The notes beneath the pieces are model-generated. The model searched no databases. It had not been told where the DNA came from and was given only the letters and a program-made list of their open reading frames with translations. A stretch of DNA of 38,138 nucleotides from Candidatus Planktophila lacus (GTDB lineage Bacteria; Bacteroidota; Bacteroidia; Flavobacteriales_D; Crocinitomicaceae). The translations under genes and the position numbers were made by a program. Location: the NCBI GenBank assembly GCA_943325145.2, contig CALPOI020000001.1, forward strand, positions 1 through 38,138. Reading direction: 5' to 3'. Position 1 is the first letter of the stretch; every line of letters begins with the position of its first letter. This document shows positions 17,370 to 27,146 of the stretch, piece by piece.

Positions 17370-19411
17370 TTTTTAGTAGGCAACAATTGTTTGTAATGCT
17401 CGTACAATTTCATTTGAGAACGTACTGGTTCTTGATCGTCTAATTCTTTGTATTTATTGGCCAACTTTTTAGTAATAATACGTGATTTCGTAGTATCCGA
17501 CCATTGTGTATCAAAAATCACCTGGATTTCTTTCTGTAACCTCGGTTCTAAAATTGGTGTTCCTACTTCAATTCGTTTGTCTAAGTTTCGTTCCATTAAA
17601 TCTGCAGAAGTAATGTAATACAAAGGAGCACCATTGTTCTCGAAAATAAAAAATCGTGCGTGTTCGAGAAAACGGTCCACGATACTTACCACCTCAATGT
17701 TCTCACTTACCCCCTTCACACCTGGAACCAAAGAACATACTCCACGAACAATCATATGAATCTTCACCCCTGCACAACTGGCTTGATAGAACTTTTCAAT
17801 CATTTTACTGTCAACCAAGTTGTTGATTTTTAGTGAGATTTTCGCAGGAAGTCCTTTTTTAGCGTTTTTGATTTCCTCTTGAATTAATTCCGATAATTTT
17901 CTACGATTGTTAAACGGTGAAACCAATAAATTTCGATAAACCCCACGTTCAATGTTGTTTTCCATCAATTTAAACACCTTCCGAACCTCATTACAAATGA
18001 TGGGATTCGACGTAAATAAACCTAAATCAGAATATATTTTAGCAGAACGTTCGTTGAAATTTCCAGTACCTAAAAAACTAACAATTTGCTCTTTTCCTTT
18101 GACTACACGGGTGATTTTTAACAATTTGGAATGCACTTTTAACCCATTGATGCCAAAGATAACTTTTGCTCCTTGTTCCTTCATGCGTTCTGACCAGTAC
18201 AAGTTATTCTCTTCGTCAAAACGTGCTTGCAATTCAAAAATAACCACCACTTGTTTACCATTACTCACAGCACTTAATAACGCATTCATAATCTGGGAAT
18301 TATGCGCTACACGGTAGACATTGATTTTTATAGATTTTACCGTAGGATCTATGGCCGCTTCTCGAATAGTGTCCACCACATAATCAAACTTTTGGTAAGG
18401 AAAATGGAGCAACACATCCTTTTGTGCATAAGTTTCGAGGTAACTTTTTGTATCGATTAAATCAGGATGCTCTAAAGGAATCAACTTTTGATTCACCAAA
18501 TGAGCTTTACCGAAATCAGGAAAACTGCTAAAATCTTTAAAATTATGGTACCTACCACCTGGAATCGCATTTAATCCAGACTTTAAGTTCAACGACTTTA
18601 ATAAATAATTTTTTAAATCTGACGGCATCGTACTGTCAAACACAAAACGAACAGGCTCTCCTTTCTTTCTATTTTGCAGGCTGATCTCCATTTTCTCAAT
18701 CAACGAAGTTGAAAGATCATCGTCTAAATTCAATTCCGCATCACGGGTAAATTTAAAAGTATATGCTTGAATTTTAGACATTTCCAAAATTGAAAAAATG
18801 GAATCTAAATTCAAACGAATGATATCATCTATCAAAATAAAATAGGATTTACCCTCTTCGTGGATTTGGTAAAAACGAGGAAATGTTGAAGGTATTTGAA
18901 TCAACGCAAAATAACTTTTCTTCACACCTTCCTTGTGCATGTCCACAGCAAGGTAAATATTTTTGTCTCTTAACTTAGGAAAAGGATTTTTCGGATTCAA
19001 GATAATTGGAACAATTTCATGTTTTAATTCACTTTGAAAAAAATGAATCAATTCACTGCGTTGTTTGTCTGTTAAATTGTTTTCCGTTAATTGATATATA
19101 TCGTTCTTTTCAAGCTCCTTAAGAATTTCTTGATAACATGCTTGAAATTGTTTTTGTTGCTCTACGACTTCTTCACGAATGTCTTCCAACAATTCAGCAG
19201 CGGTACCTTTATATCCTTGAACAGAATTTTTTTTAATGGAAATAATTCGTTTGATATTCGCCACACGAACTCGAAAAAATTCATCCATATTGTTGGAATA
19301 AATACCTAAAAAACGGAGCCGTTCAACTACAGGAACACGTTTATCTAAAGCTTCCTGAAGTACACGCTGGTTGAATGATAACCAACTCAATTCTCTGTTA
19401 ATCAATTCCAT
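17366..19411 (-). CDS. ppk: polyphosphate kinase 1
   Basis: PPK1 N-terminal signature RELSWLSFNQRVLQEA...ERLRFLGIYSNNMDEFFRVRV. 681 aa with two PLD-like C-terminal domains. Confidence 0.93.
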   Translation of the reverse strand: MELINRELSWLSFNQRVLQEALDKRVPVVERLRFLGIYSNNMDEFFRVRVANIKRIISIKKNSVQGYKGTAAELLEDIREEVVEQQKQFQACYQEILKELEKNDIYQLTENNLTDKQRSELIHFFQSELKHEIVPIILNPKNPFPKLRDKNIYLAVDMHKEGVKKSYFALIQIPSTFPRFYQIHEEGKSYFILIDDIIRLNLDSIFSILEMSKIQAYTFKFTRDAELNLDDDLSTSLIEKMEISLQNRKKGEPVRFVFDSTMPSDLKNYLLKSLNLKSGLNAIPGGRYHNFKDFSSFPDFGKAHLVNQKLIPLEHPDLIDTKSYLETYAQKDVLLHFPYQKFDYVVDTIREAAIDPTVKSIKINVYRVAHNSQIMNALLSAVSNGKQVVVIFELQARFDEENNLYWSERMKEQGAKVIFGINGLKVHSKLLKITRVVKGKEQIVSFLGTGNFNERSAKIYSDLGLFTSNPIICNEVRKVFKLMENNIERGVYRNLLVSPFNNRRKLSELIQEEIKNAKKGLPAKISLKINNLVDSKMIEKFYQASCAGVKIHMIVRGVCSLVPGVKGVSENIEVVSIVDRFLEHARFFIFENNGAPLYYITSADLMERNLDKRIEVGTPILEPRLQKEIQVIFDTQWSDTTKSRIITKKLANKYKELDDQEPVRSQMKLYEHYKQLLPTKK

Positions 19412-19704
19412 AAGTAGAAAAATTTGAATACTAATAGATTTCCAAAATAAAATTTTGAAAAATATTATTCAAAGGTACATTTTGTATATTAATAGTGTGT
19501 TAAATTGCGTTAATTCATGTACTTTAAGCTACTCACAATTCAAAGTTGATTTAAAAAATCCTAGTAGAATGAGACCTTTGCAAAAGGCATAAATCGAGGT
19601 GGTTTAAAAATTAAACACCGGTTCCGATAACTATTGGAATTACTTTTGTAAATAAGGATGTTAAATTTTAGATTCAGCGATGGGTTAGAGTTTTTGCAAA
19701 GGAC

Positions 19705-20646
19705 TTAGAATGATTCCATCCATTTCCAATAATAAGGCAACACCAAGCCTACTACCATTGCAATTTTGATTGATCCATCAATCCACTTTAAACGAACAAC
19801 ACTTAAATGTTTGAGCAACAACAAGTAAATCGCCACCAAAAAAATCACACCAATTCCCGCTAATGGTAATTGTCGGAGAAATGCATCTGTCCATTGCAAT
19901 TGAAATCGTAATTGAGCAACAAGCAGAACAAAAATCAACAACAAAAGTGAAATTACAAAATATTTTGATTTATTGATTCCCAACAAAATAGGGAATGTAT
20001 TTGCTTGAATGAATGCATCCCCTTCGATGTCTTGCATGTCTTTTATTAATTCGCGAACAAGGGTTAATCCAAAGGAAAAAACAGTGAAAAACCAACTGAA
20101 ATTAGAGAAAATAGCCCGATTAAAAATGTGTTCTGAGAGTAATAAGTGAGAAGGAATCTTTAGCAAATAGGTACTTGTCAACCAAACCACTAAAGCAGTC
20201 AACAAAGCAATTGTGACATTTCCAATTAAAAAACTACGTTTTAAAACGGCAGCATAATAAATCAACGCCCCAATCGAAAATAATTGACAAAAAAACAGTG
20301 AAAATTGATGGTTTACGAACAATAGATATACCCCAATTGCACCACCTAATACACTTGAAATCAAATGCACCTTCAATGCAAATCTACGCGATAATTTACC
20401 CGTCACTAATGGGCGATTTGGATGACTGAGTGCGTCTGTTTTTACATCAAAATAATCATTAATACTGTATCCTCCGGCTGCAATAAAAACAGTAGATGCA
20501 ACCAATAAGAAAAAATCAAAATGCTCTTTGATATTCGTAGAGATTACGGCCTCTGAATTAAAGAAAAAGAAAAACCGGACAGAATACATTGTCAGCGCAA
20601 TAATTGCCAAATTTTTCCAACGTACTATCTGAAGAAATGCCTGCAT
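19705..20646 (-). CDS. UbiA-superfamily prenyltransferase (DGGGP-synthase-like)
   Basis: Polytopic membrane protein with the first Asp-rich motif NDYFDVKTDALSHPNRPLVTGKLS and a second, KDMQDIEGD. The ORF-track start at 20688 is TTG; the first ATG (20646, MQAFLQIVRWKNL) is preferred. Confidence 0.75.
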   Translation of the reverse strand: MQAFLQIVRWKNLAIIALTMYSVRFFFFFNSEAVISTNIKEHFDFFLLVASTVFIAAGGYSINDYFDVKTDALSHPNRPLVTGKLSRRFALKVHLISSVLGGAIGVYLLFVNHQFSLFFCQLFSIGALIYYAAVLKRSFLIGNVTIALLTALVVWLTSTYLLKIPSHLLLSEHIFNRAIFSNFSWFFTVFSFGLTLVRELIKDMQDIEGDAFIQANTFPILLGINKSKYFVISLLLLIFVLLVAQLRFQLQWTDAFLRQLPLAGIGVIFLVAIYLLLLKHLSVVRLKWIDGSIKIAMVVGLVLPYYWKWMESF

Positions 20647-20705
20647 TGAATAAATGGAAAGATTAAAATTACACCCATTTCGTTCCAAAAAACATACAAT
20701 AAATT

Positions 20706-22718
20706 CTATTTCAAAAATTTATATTCCGTTCTTCGATTACTTTGATGCGCTTTTTCCTGTTCTTTAGACGTTTTCAATTTTGAAATCACATCATCTGAAA
20801 CAATTGGTTGACTTTCACCAAAGCCTTTTGCCACCAAACGATCGGCCATAATTCCCTGCTGAATTAAATAATTTCTAACAGAATTCGCACGACCTTCAGA
20901 TAATTTTTGATTCTCAATGGCATCTCCTCGTGTATCTGTATGTCCCCCAATTTCAATTTTCAACGTCGTGTTTTTCTGCAATAAATCCTTCAATTTATTT
21001 AATTCTGAAAATGATTCAGGTCGTAATTCTGTCTTATTTAAATCAAAAAATACATTTGCAAGCAATACAGGCAACTCACTTCCAAGGGGTATCATTGGAA
21101 TGTCTAAATGCATCGCTTCTTGGTCTTCTGCAATTGTTAAATTGAAATTTTTAGAATAAAAACTATAACCAGGAAAAGAAACACTTAAAGCATACTCTTG
21201 ATTTACAGGTAATGAAACGAGAAATTCACCCGAAATTTGATCTGCTTCAGAACGAATAACTTCTTGACCCGTTTTCACATCAATCAACTGAAATTTCCCA
21301 GGAACCGGTTTTTTAGTGATGGCATCAAATACCAATCCTTCAAAATACAAGGTTTTAACTGGTTTCATTTCTTCTGGCATTTCGAAGTAATAAATGTCTA
21401 AATCCCCAAATCCTCCTTCACGATCAGAAGCAAAAAAAGCGATGTCTCCATCAGGACTAACCATCAATGAATTTTCATCGTTCGATGTGTTAATTGGATA
21501 CCCTAGATTTACAGGAGTTGACCAGTTCCCTGCCGCATCTTTTCGAGACATGAATAAGTCAGACCCTCCCATTCCAACGTGACCTTTTGAGGCAAAATAA
21601 AGTGTTTTCCCATCTGGGTGAATCAGTACAGACTCTTCCTCCATAGGCGTATTGATTGTATTTGGTAACTTAACGGCAGGACCCCAGGTGCCATCCTCTT
21701 GCAAGGTAGTAGAATAGATATCTGAATTTTTCATCGCCGCTTGTCCGCGAATACTTCTAATAAAATACAAGGTTTTTCCATCCGAAGAGAGAGATGGTTG
21801 CGTTTCCCAATTAGGTGTGTTCGCCATACCCGGTAAATTCATCGCATTGGTCCATCGAGAACCTATTTTTTTGGTAATGAACATATCACAACTACCTTTT
21901 CCTTGTCGATCAGCACCATACTCTGTACCAGTAATGTCAGGACAAGCAATGAAGATTAATGATCTACCGTCCGCAGCAATGGTAGGCGCACCTTCATTAT
22001 TCACCGTATTTATATTTGTAGGCATTGGTTCTGCAGTAGTCCACGCATTGTTTTTTAAATGAGAAATATAAAAATCTTCCTGTTGTTTGATAGGTCCTTG
22101 TGCACGGTCGTCTTTGATGCGACGCGTAAATAAGATCGTTTTTCCATCGACTGTAATCGTAGGAAAATATTCAGGATCAGAAGTATTAATAGCAGGACCT
22201 AAATTAATAGGCTTATAATTATTAGGCTTTTTCAAAGCCTCTATAGCAAAATTAGAAGAAGCAATTAATCGCTGAGCAGTAGGAATATCTTTAGGATTAG
22301 CACGCTTATTCGCTACAAAAATTTCAAGATTTTTCTTGCATTCATTGTACTTGCCATAATGAAACTGAAGGTAACCTAACATAAATTCTGTTTCACTTCC
22401 TGGGCTATGTCTTGGAGCAACCTCTAACGATTTTTCTAAACAATCAATTGCTAATTTAAAATCATTCGATAATTGAGCCATTTCAGCTTTTGCGACATAC
22501 GCTTCCCAAAAATTAGGTTCTTTTTCGATGGCTTTTGTTAACAATTCAATTGCTTTTGTGTAGGTTTCACGTCCGTACTCATCCCGATTTTCTCTAGGAG
22601 CATTGAGCGCTTCTTCAAACAGTTTAATCGCTTTTTTATTGCTGATGGAATAATTCATTTGGGCAATTGCGTTCAAATTGAAAAATAAAAAAGCAATGAC
22701 AAACAGAAATTTATACAT
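20706..22718 (-). CDS. OmpA-family protein with TPR-like N-terminus and TolB/PD40-like repeats
   Basis: Signal peptide, then a helical repeat N-terminus, then repeated PD40-like units (S.DGKTLYF, SPDG). The C-terminal OmpA domain reads GHTDTRGDAIENQKLSEGRANSVRNYL...NRRTEY. Confidence 0.8.
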   Translation of the reverse strand: MYKFLFVIAFLFFNLNAIAQMNYSISNKKAIKLFEEALNAPRENRDEYGRETYTKAIELLTKAIEKEPNFWEAYVAKAEMAQLSNDFKLAIDCLEKSLEVAPRHSPGSETEFMLGYLQFHYGKYNECKKNLEIFVANKRANPKDIPTAQRLIASSNFAIEALKKPNNYKPINLGPAINTSDPEYFPTITVDGKTILFTRRIKDDRAQGPIKQQEDFYISHLKNNAWTTAEPMPTNINTVNNEGAPTIAADGRSLIFIACPDITGTEYGADRQGKGSCDMFITKKIGSRWTNAMNLPGMANTPNWETQPSLSSDGKTLYFIRSIRGQAAMKNSDIYSTTLQEDGTWGPAVKLPNTINTPMEEESVLIHPDGKTLYFASKGHVGMGGSDLFMSRKDAAGNWSTPVNLGYPINTSNDENSLMVSPDGDIAFFASDREGGFGDLDIYYFEMPEEMKPVKTLYFEGLVFDAITKKPVPGKFQLIDVKTGQEVIRSEADQISGEFLVSLPVNQEYALSVSFPGYSFYSKNFNLTIAEDQEAMHLDIPMIPLGSELPVLLANVFFDLNKTELRPESFSELNKLKDLLQKNTTLKIEIGGHTDTRGDAIENQKLSEGRANSVRNYLIQQGIMADRLVAKGFGESQPIVSDDVISKLKTSKEQEKAHQSNRRTEYKFLK

Positions 22719-22721
22719 GAT

Positions 22722-23345
22722 TTATGGGATATTTAAATACTTATGTGTTTGTAAGCTCAACCTCCAATGTGGATTCAACTTAATGTAATCAATTAAAACG
22801 GGATTAATCGTTTCTGCTTTGGACCATTCCGGTTGAAGAAAGAGCTGGCAATTCGGACCAACTTTTGAAGCATGCTCCTCCGCCCATTCAAAATCTGAAG
22901 GATGATAAATGACCACCTTTAACTCATTCGCTCGAAGGTAAGCTTCATCACATGCCTTTTTAAATTTCTTAGGAGAAAAACAATACCAATCCACATTTCC
23001 TTTCAAGGGATAAACTCCGGAAGTTTCAATCGCAACCTCAAACCCTAGGCTATGAAGCGCATCCACCAATAAATTTAAATCATACAAAGCAGGCTCACCA
23101 CCTGTAATCACAATAAAATCTGTTGGGATTTCTTTGACTTGATCAATAATCGATTGAACAGACACCAATGGATGCATCATTTTATCCCAACTATCCTTAA
23201 CATCACACCAAACACAACCAATATCGCATCCTGCTAGTCTTATAAAATAGGCTGCTCTTCCTGAATATCGTCCCTCCCCTTGAATCGTGTAGAACTGTTC
23301 CATTAACGGGAGTGTCAGTTGATTTAAGCGATAATTTAATTCCAT
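22722..23345 (-). CDS. queE: 7-carboxy-7-deazaguanine synthase (radical SAM)
   Basis: Radical-SAM cluster motif CDIGCVWCD near the N-terminus. QueE-like length (207 aa), with EQFYTIQGEG upstream of the cluster. Confidence 0.85.
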   Translation of the reverse strand: MELNYRLNQLTLPLMEQFYTIQGEGRYSGRAAYFIRLAGCDIGCVWCDVKDSWDKMMHPLVSVQSIIDQVKEIPTDFIVITGGEPALYDLNLLVDALHSLGFEVAIETSGVYPLKGNVDWYCFSPKKFKKACDEAYLRANELKVVIYHPSDFEWAEEHASKVGPNCQLFLQPEWSKAETINPVLIDYIKLNPHWRLSLQTHKYLNIP

Positions 23346-23465
23346 ATATCAAATTTAACAAATAAAAATTGAGAAACTATGCAAGAAACGAAAAACAGAC
23401 ATAAAATTTACTTCATTTTCAAAATAATTTAACCCCAATAAAAAAACAGAAACGAATATTTAATT

Positions 23466-23473
23466 TATATTTG
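23466..23473 (+). promoter_or_regulatory. candidate -7 box (TATATTTG) for the dksA-like/lspA operon
   Basis: Exact TAnnTTTG match ending 29 nt upstream of the ATG at 23503. Confidence 0.5.
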
Positions 23474-23502
23474 TCAGCAATTAATTTAAATAAGATAGCC
23501 CA

Positions 23503-23886
23503 ATGTCAACTGAAAAAACACGCTACTCAGACACTGAATTACAAGAATTTAAAGAGCTTATACAAACAAAATTAAAAGAAGCAGAAGTTGATTATCAATT
23601 ACTGAAGAATTCTCTATCTCTAGCTGACGATCATGGAACGAGTGATACAGGACGTACCTTTAACATGATGGAGGACGGTTCAGAAACATTATCTCGAGAG
23701 GAAGTTGCACAGCTTTCAGCACGTCAAGAACAATTCATTCAAAATTTACACAGCGCTTTGGTTCGAATTGAAAATAAAACGTATGGTATTTGTCGCGAAA
23801 CAGGAAAATTAATTCAAAAAGAGCGATTAATACTAGTTCCTCATGCTACACTAAGTATAGAAGCTAAAAACGCACAAAAGCACTAA
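23503..23886 (+). CDS. TraR/DksA-family protein with degenerate zinc finger
   Basis: Coiled-coil N-terminus and a C-terminal IENKTYGICRETGKLIQKERLILVPHATLSIEAK, the Bacteroidota DksA-like form usually found next to lspA. Confidence 0.8.
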   Translation: MSTEKTRYSDTELQEFKELIQTKLKEAEVDYQLLKNSLSLADDHGTSDTGRTFNMMEDGSETLSREEVAQLSARQEQFIQNLHSALVRIENKTYGICRETGKLIQKERLILVPHATLSIEAKNAQKH

Positions 23887-24566
23887 TGATTCGAAGAAAC
23901 CTGATGATTGTAGGGTCAATAGTGATCCTAGTTTTGTTTTTTGATCAAGTACTAAAAATTTGGACCAAAACCCAAGTAGCATTTATGGATGAGCCAATTC
24001 AATTAATTGGTTCTTGGTTTAAATTAGTGTACATCGAGAATCAAGGAATGGCATTTGGAACAACACTTGGATCAGGCATTTGGGCGAAATTGAGTTTGAG
24101 TATCTTTAGAATCATTGCAATCACAGGAATTGCCTGGTATTGGATAAAACAAGCAAAAGAGGGAGCTAAATTAGAATTCTTAATTGCGATAGGATTTATA
24201 TTTTCAGGTGCAATTGGAAATTTAATTGATTCGATGCTCTATGATTTCATTTTTAAATTCGACCCATGCCTTACATTCAATCATTTAGAAGGTTCTGGAA
24301 TTAAACGTACTTGTGAATATTTCGGTGAAGTAGAAGTACGCCATCAAGGATTTTTATTTGGCAATGTAGTAGACATGTTTCAATTTGACATGCATTGGCC
24401 AAAATGGATGCCAGTTATAGGAGGGAATGAAGTATTTCCTGCGATTTGGAACCTTGCCGATGGCGCAATTACTGTAGGGGTGGTAATGATACTTTTACGG
24501 CAAAAAAGCTATTTTCCTAAGGAGAAAAAAGAAACATTAACTGCACCTTCAATTAATGAAGAATGA
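23886..24566 (+). CDS. lspA: lipoprotein signal peptidase II
   Basis: Four TM segments with the LspA motifs IENQGMAFG, FGNVVDMF and WNLADGAI. Its ATG overlaps the upstream stop by 1 nt. Confidence 0.9.
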   Translation: MIRRNLMIVGSIVILVLFFDQVLKIWTKTQVAFMDEPIQLIGSWFKLVYIENQGMAFGTTLGSGIWAKLSLSIFRIIAITGIAWYWIKQAKEGAKLEFLIAIGFIFSGAIGNLIDSMLYDFIFKFDPCLTFNHLEGSGIKRTCEYFGEVEVRHQGFLFGNVVDMFQFDMHWPKWMPVIGGNEVFPAIWNLADGAITVGVVMILLRQKSYFPKEKKETLTAPSINEE

Positions 24567-25819
24567 TTCTTTATCCTGGTTCTAAAGGGTGGGTATCAAA
24601 GTACAATGATCTTTTACAAAAAGGAGACATTATTCTTTCTGTGGATAAACCAACTGGAATCAGTAATGAACACTTTGCACACATTCAATTGTCTCAATCT
24701 GGAATTGTATTTGGTTATCCAACAGAATTACTTTTTGCTGACAAGTTGGACGATAAACTTTGGACAACTGAAGAAAAACTAAAATTACTTTTATTTGAAT
24801 CCCATTTGTTCATTTATGAACTGAATGGTGGTGACAGTACAGAAAATTTTGATCAATTTATCCACTCTCTGATTCAATTCTACGGACAACATACATCTCC
24901 TTCTATCACAAAAATGATGCGCTTTTTCAAAAAAGAAAGTGCGGAAGAAAAAATTGAAAGTATCCTTGAAAAGCGTACAGAAATCCCAGGAAGCATCATA
25001 AACAATGCGTTATGGATTAATTACTTAAGTAATTCTTTCGTCTATTTAGATGTGATTTTATACAATGAATTTCTTAAAACCCAGCGTTCACTTCAAGATT
25101 CTCATTACGAAGAACTTGCTATTGATGTTTTAAAAATGATTTCATTTTCATCTTACATTGATGGTAAAGTTTCTGAAAATGAAAAAACCATTTTTGATGT
25201 TTATCTTGCAAGTGCAAACATTAATGAAACTAGAAAAAAAGGAGCACAACAACATCTAAAAACAGGTGCTAAACTCACTGATTTATCTTCCAGCTTTACC
25301 CAACTTTGGATGTTCAAACGCTTTCTATTAGATATTTCAGCTTTGACAATTTATAGTAATAAAGAAATCGATTCCATAGAAAAAGAAAATTGTATTCATG
25401 TAGCAAATTTCCTACATCTTTCTATTTCTGAATTGGATGAAACCTTAGTGGCTATTGAACAATTTGTTTTGAATCACACCGATAAAATTCCTTATTTACA
25501 AAACAGAAATACTGTTGAACATTTGTACGATAATATTTCTAAAAGATGGATCAAAATTCTGGGAAGAAACAAAGACAAGCTCATCAATGAAATTCAGCAA
25601 AGTAAAGATTTGGTCAAATTAATCAAAAAATCAACCACAGAAGAGCTTTCAAAAGAAGAAAAAGAACGTGTTAAAACTCAATTCTTAGACATAGTCAAAA
25701 CAATGCCTGCATTAGCGATATTTATGTTGCCTGGTGGAGCAATTTTGTTGCCAATCGTACTTAAAATCATTCCCAATTTAATTCCTTCTGCCTTTAGAGA
25801 CAATGAAATTGATTCGTAA
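24563..25819 (+). CDS. LETM1-like C-terminal membrane-segment protein with TerB-like central region, paralog A
   Basis: The C-terminus LSKEEKERVKTQFLDIVKTMPALAIFMLPGGAILLPIVLKIIPNLIPSAFRD parallels the LETM1 segment ...[24 protein letters not shown] (from memory). The central DGKVSENEKTIFDVYL is TerB-like. Confidence 0.6.
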   Translation: MILYPGSKGWVSKYNDLLQKGDIILSVDKPTGISNEHFAHIQLSQSGIVFGYPTELLFADKLDDKLWTTEEKLKLLLFESHLFIYELNGGDSTENFDQFIHSLIQFYGQHTSPSITKMMRFFKKESAEEKIESILEKRTEIPGSIINNALWINYLSNSFVYLDVILYNEFLKTQRSLQDSHYEELAIDVLKMISFSSYIDGKVSENEKTIFDVYLASANINETRKKGAQQHLKTGAKLTDLSSSFTQLWMFKRFLLDISALTIYSNKEIDSIEKENCIHVANFLHLSISELDETLVAIEQFVLNHTDKIPYLQNRNTVEHLYDNISKRWIKILGRNKDKLINEIQQSKDLVKLIKKSTTEELSKEEKERVKTQFLDIVKTMPALAIFMLPGGAILLPIVLKIIPNLIPSAFRDNEIDS

Positions 25820-27146
25820 TTTCCTTTTTATTTTTATCGTCTTTTCAGGTTGGAGTTATAGCCAAGATACTCTTGTTAAAACCCCAAATAAAGATAATTT
25901 TCATAATTTTTTCCCTGGATCTGATTATTGGATACCACGATTTCTAAACCTATACCAAAAAGGAAAAGTAAAACAAACTTTTCAGTATACTAACGATTTC
26001 CCAATGGAAGATCAATTACATGAATTAATTTTTGATGCTGGAATCATAAGTTCACATCCTTTTAGAAAGCCTTATCAATACACAGCAGCAGATAGCTTAT
26101 GGACCGATCGTGAGCAATATAAACTTTTATTTTTTCAATTATTACTAACGATTTACGAACACAACAAAGGTTCCAATGTTACCAGCTACGATGACTTCAT
26201 TCAATCGTTATTTAGTTTTTATGAATTGAATTACTCTATAAAACCAAAAAAGCAAAAGAAAAACATACTGAAATTAGAAAAACACATCAAACAACGCATT
26301 CAATTAAAGTACCAACCTTCTCTTACGCCAATGTGGATAACAAATGTCGGTAATCCATTCGTATTCATCGATCTAGTAGCCTACAATGAGTTCTTAATCA
26401 CACAATTACCTTTATCAGAACAACATTACGAATCACGCGTAGAGGAAACACTTAAAATAATTGTACTCGCAGCAAATGCAGACAGTAAAATTCAACCAGA
26501 AGAAAAAGAATGGTTTCGTGTTTACATTGCAGGTTCAGGTTTAGAAACAATACAAAAAGAAGAATATGAAGAACTTTTATACAAAGGATTAGCTACATCA
26601 AATATGAATCCCATCTTTAAATCAAAAAAATTATACAACAAACTGCTATTCGATATTGGAACATTTACCTGTCAAACGAATTTAGAAATCACAGAATCAG
26701 AAACCATTTTTATTCAACATCTTTCAAAAAAATTATACCTCAGTATTGAAGAATCAGAAATTGGAAAAAAAAACACACTTAAATTTTTTGAACAACATCG
26801 AGCTAATATCAATTACCTTCAAAATAAAAATGAACGATTGATTTTAAAAAGGAAAATCATAGACCGTGTACATAAAGTATGGCAACGAAATAAAAACAAA
26901 TTGAAACAAGAATGGAACGAAACCAAAGAAATGGGGAGATTACTCGATAAAGATGTCGATTTAACACTAAAAGAACGAAAAATTGTTTCGTTACAATTAG
27001 TTGATTGTATCACTTCTATTCCTTCCTTCGTATTATTTGCAATTCCAGGTGGATCCATCTTATTGCCCATTGCTATAAAATTTATTCCTGCTATATTACC
27101 TACCTCATTTAGAGACAACGAAATACCAAAATCAATACACGAATGA
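25803..27146 (+). CDS. LETM1-like C-terminal membrane-segment protein, paralog B (with N-terminal signal-like helix)
   Basis: Colinear with paralog A: LWTDREQYKLLFF matches LWTTEEKLKLLLF, FVFIDLVAYNEFLITQ matches FVYLDVILYNEFLKTQ, and the C-terminus is AIPGGSILLPIAIKFIPAILPTSFRDNEI. It also has an extra N-terminal hydrophobic segment, MKLIRNFLFIFIVFSGWSYS. Confidence 0.6.
   Translation: MKLIRNFLFIFIVFSGWSYSQDTLVKTPNKDNFHNFFPGSDYWIPRFLNLYQKGKVKQTFQYTNDFPMEDQLHELIFDAGIISSHPFRKPYQYTAADSLWTDREQYKLLFFQLLLTIYEHNKGSNVTSYDDFIQSLFSFYELNYSIKPKKQKKNILKLEKHIKQRIQLKYQPSLTPMWITNVGNPFVFIDLVAYNEFLITQLPLSEQHYESRVEETLKIIVLAANADSKIQPEEKEWFRVYIAGSGLETIQKEEYEELLYKGLATSNMNPIFKSKKLYNKLLFDIGTFTCQTNLEITESETIFIQHLSKKLYLSIEESEIGKKNTLKFFEQHRANINYLQNKNERLILKRKIIDRVHKVWQRNKNKLKQEWNETKEMGRLLDKDVDLTLKERKIVSLQLVDCITSIPSFVLFAIPGGSILLPIAIKFIPAILPTSFRDNEIPKSIHE

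Noticed and set aside
19560-19704. Repeated TTTGCAAA(A)GG motifs and a small imperfect hairpin (ggtggtttaaaaattaaacacc) in the ubiA-ppk intergenic region.
   Set aside because: They are short and imperfect, with no T tract and no match to a binding-site consensus I know. The evidence is too thin for a feature call.
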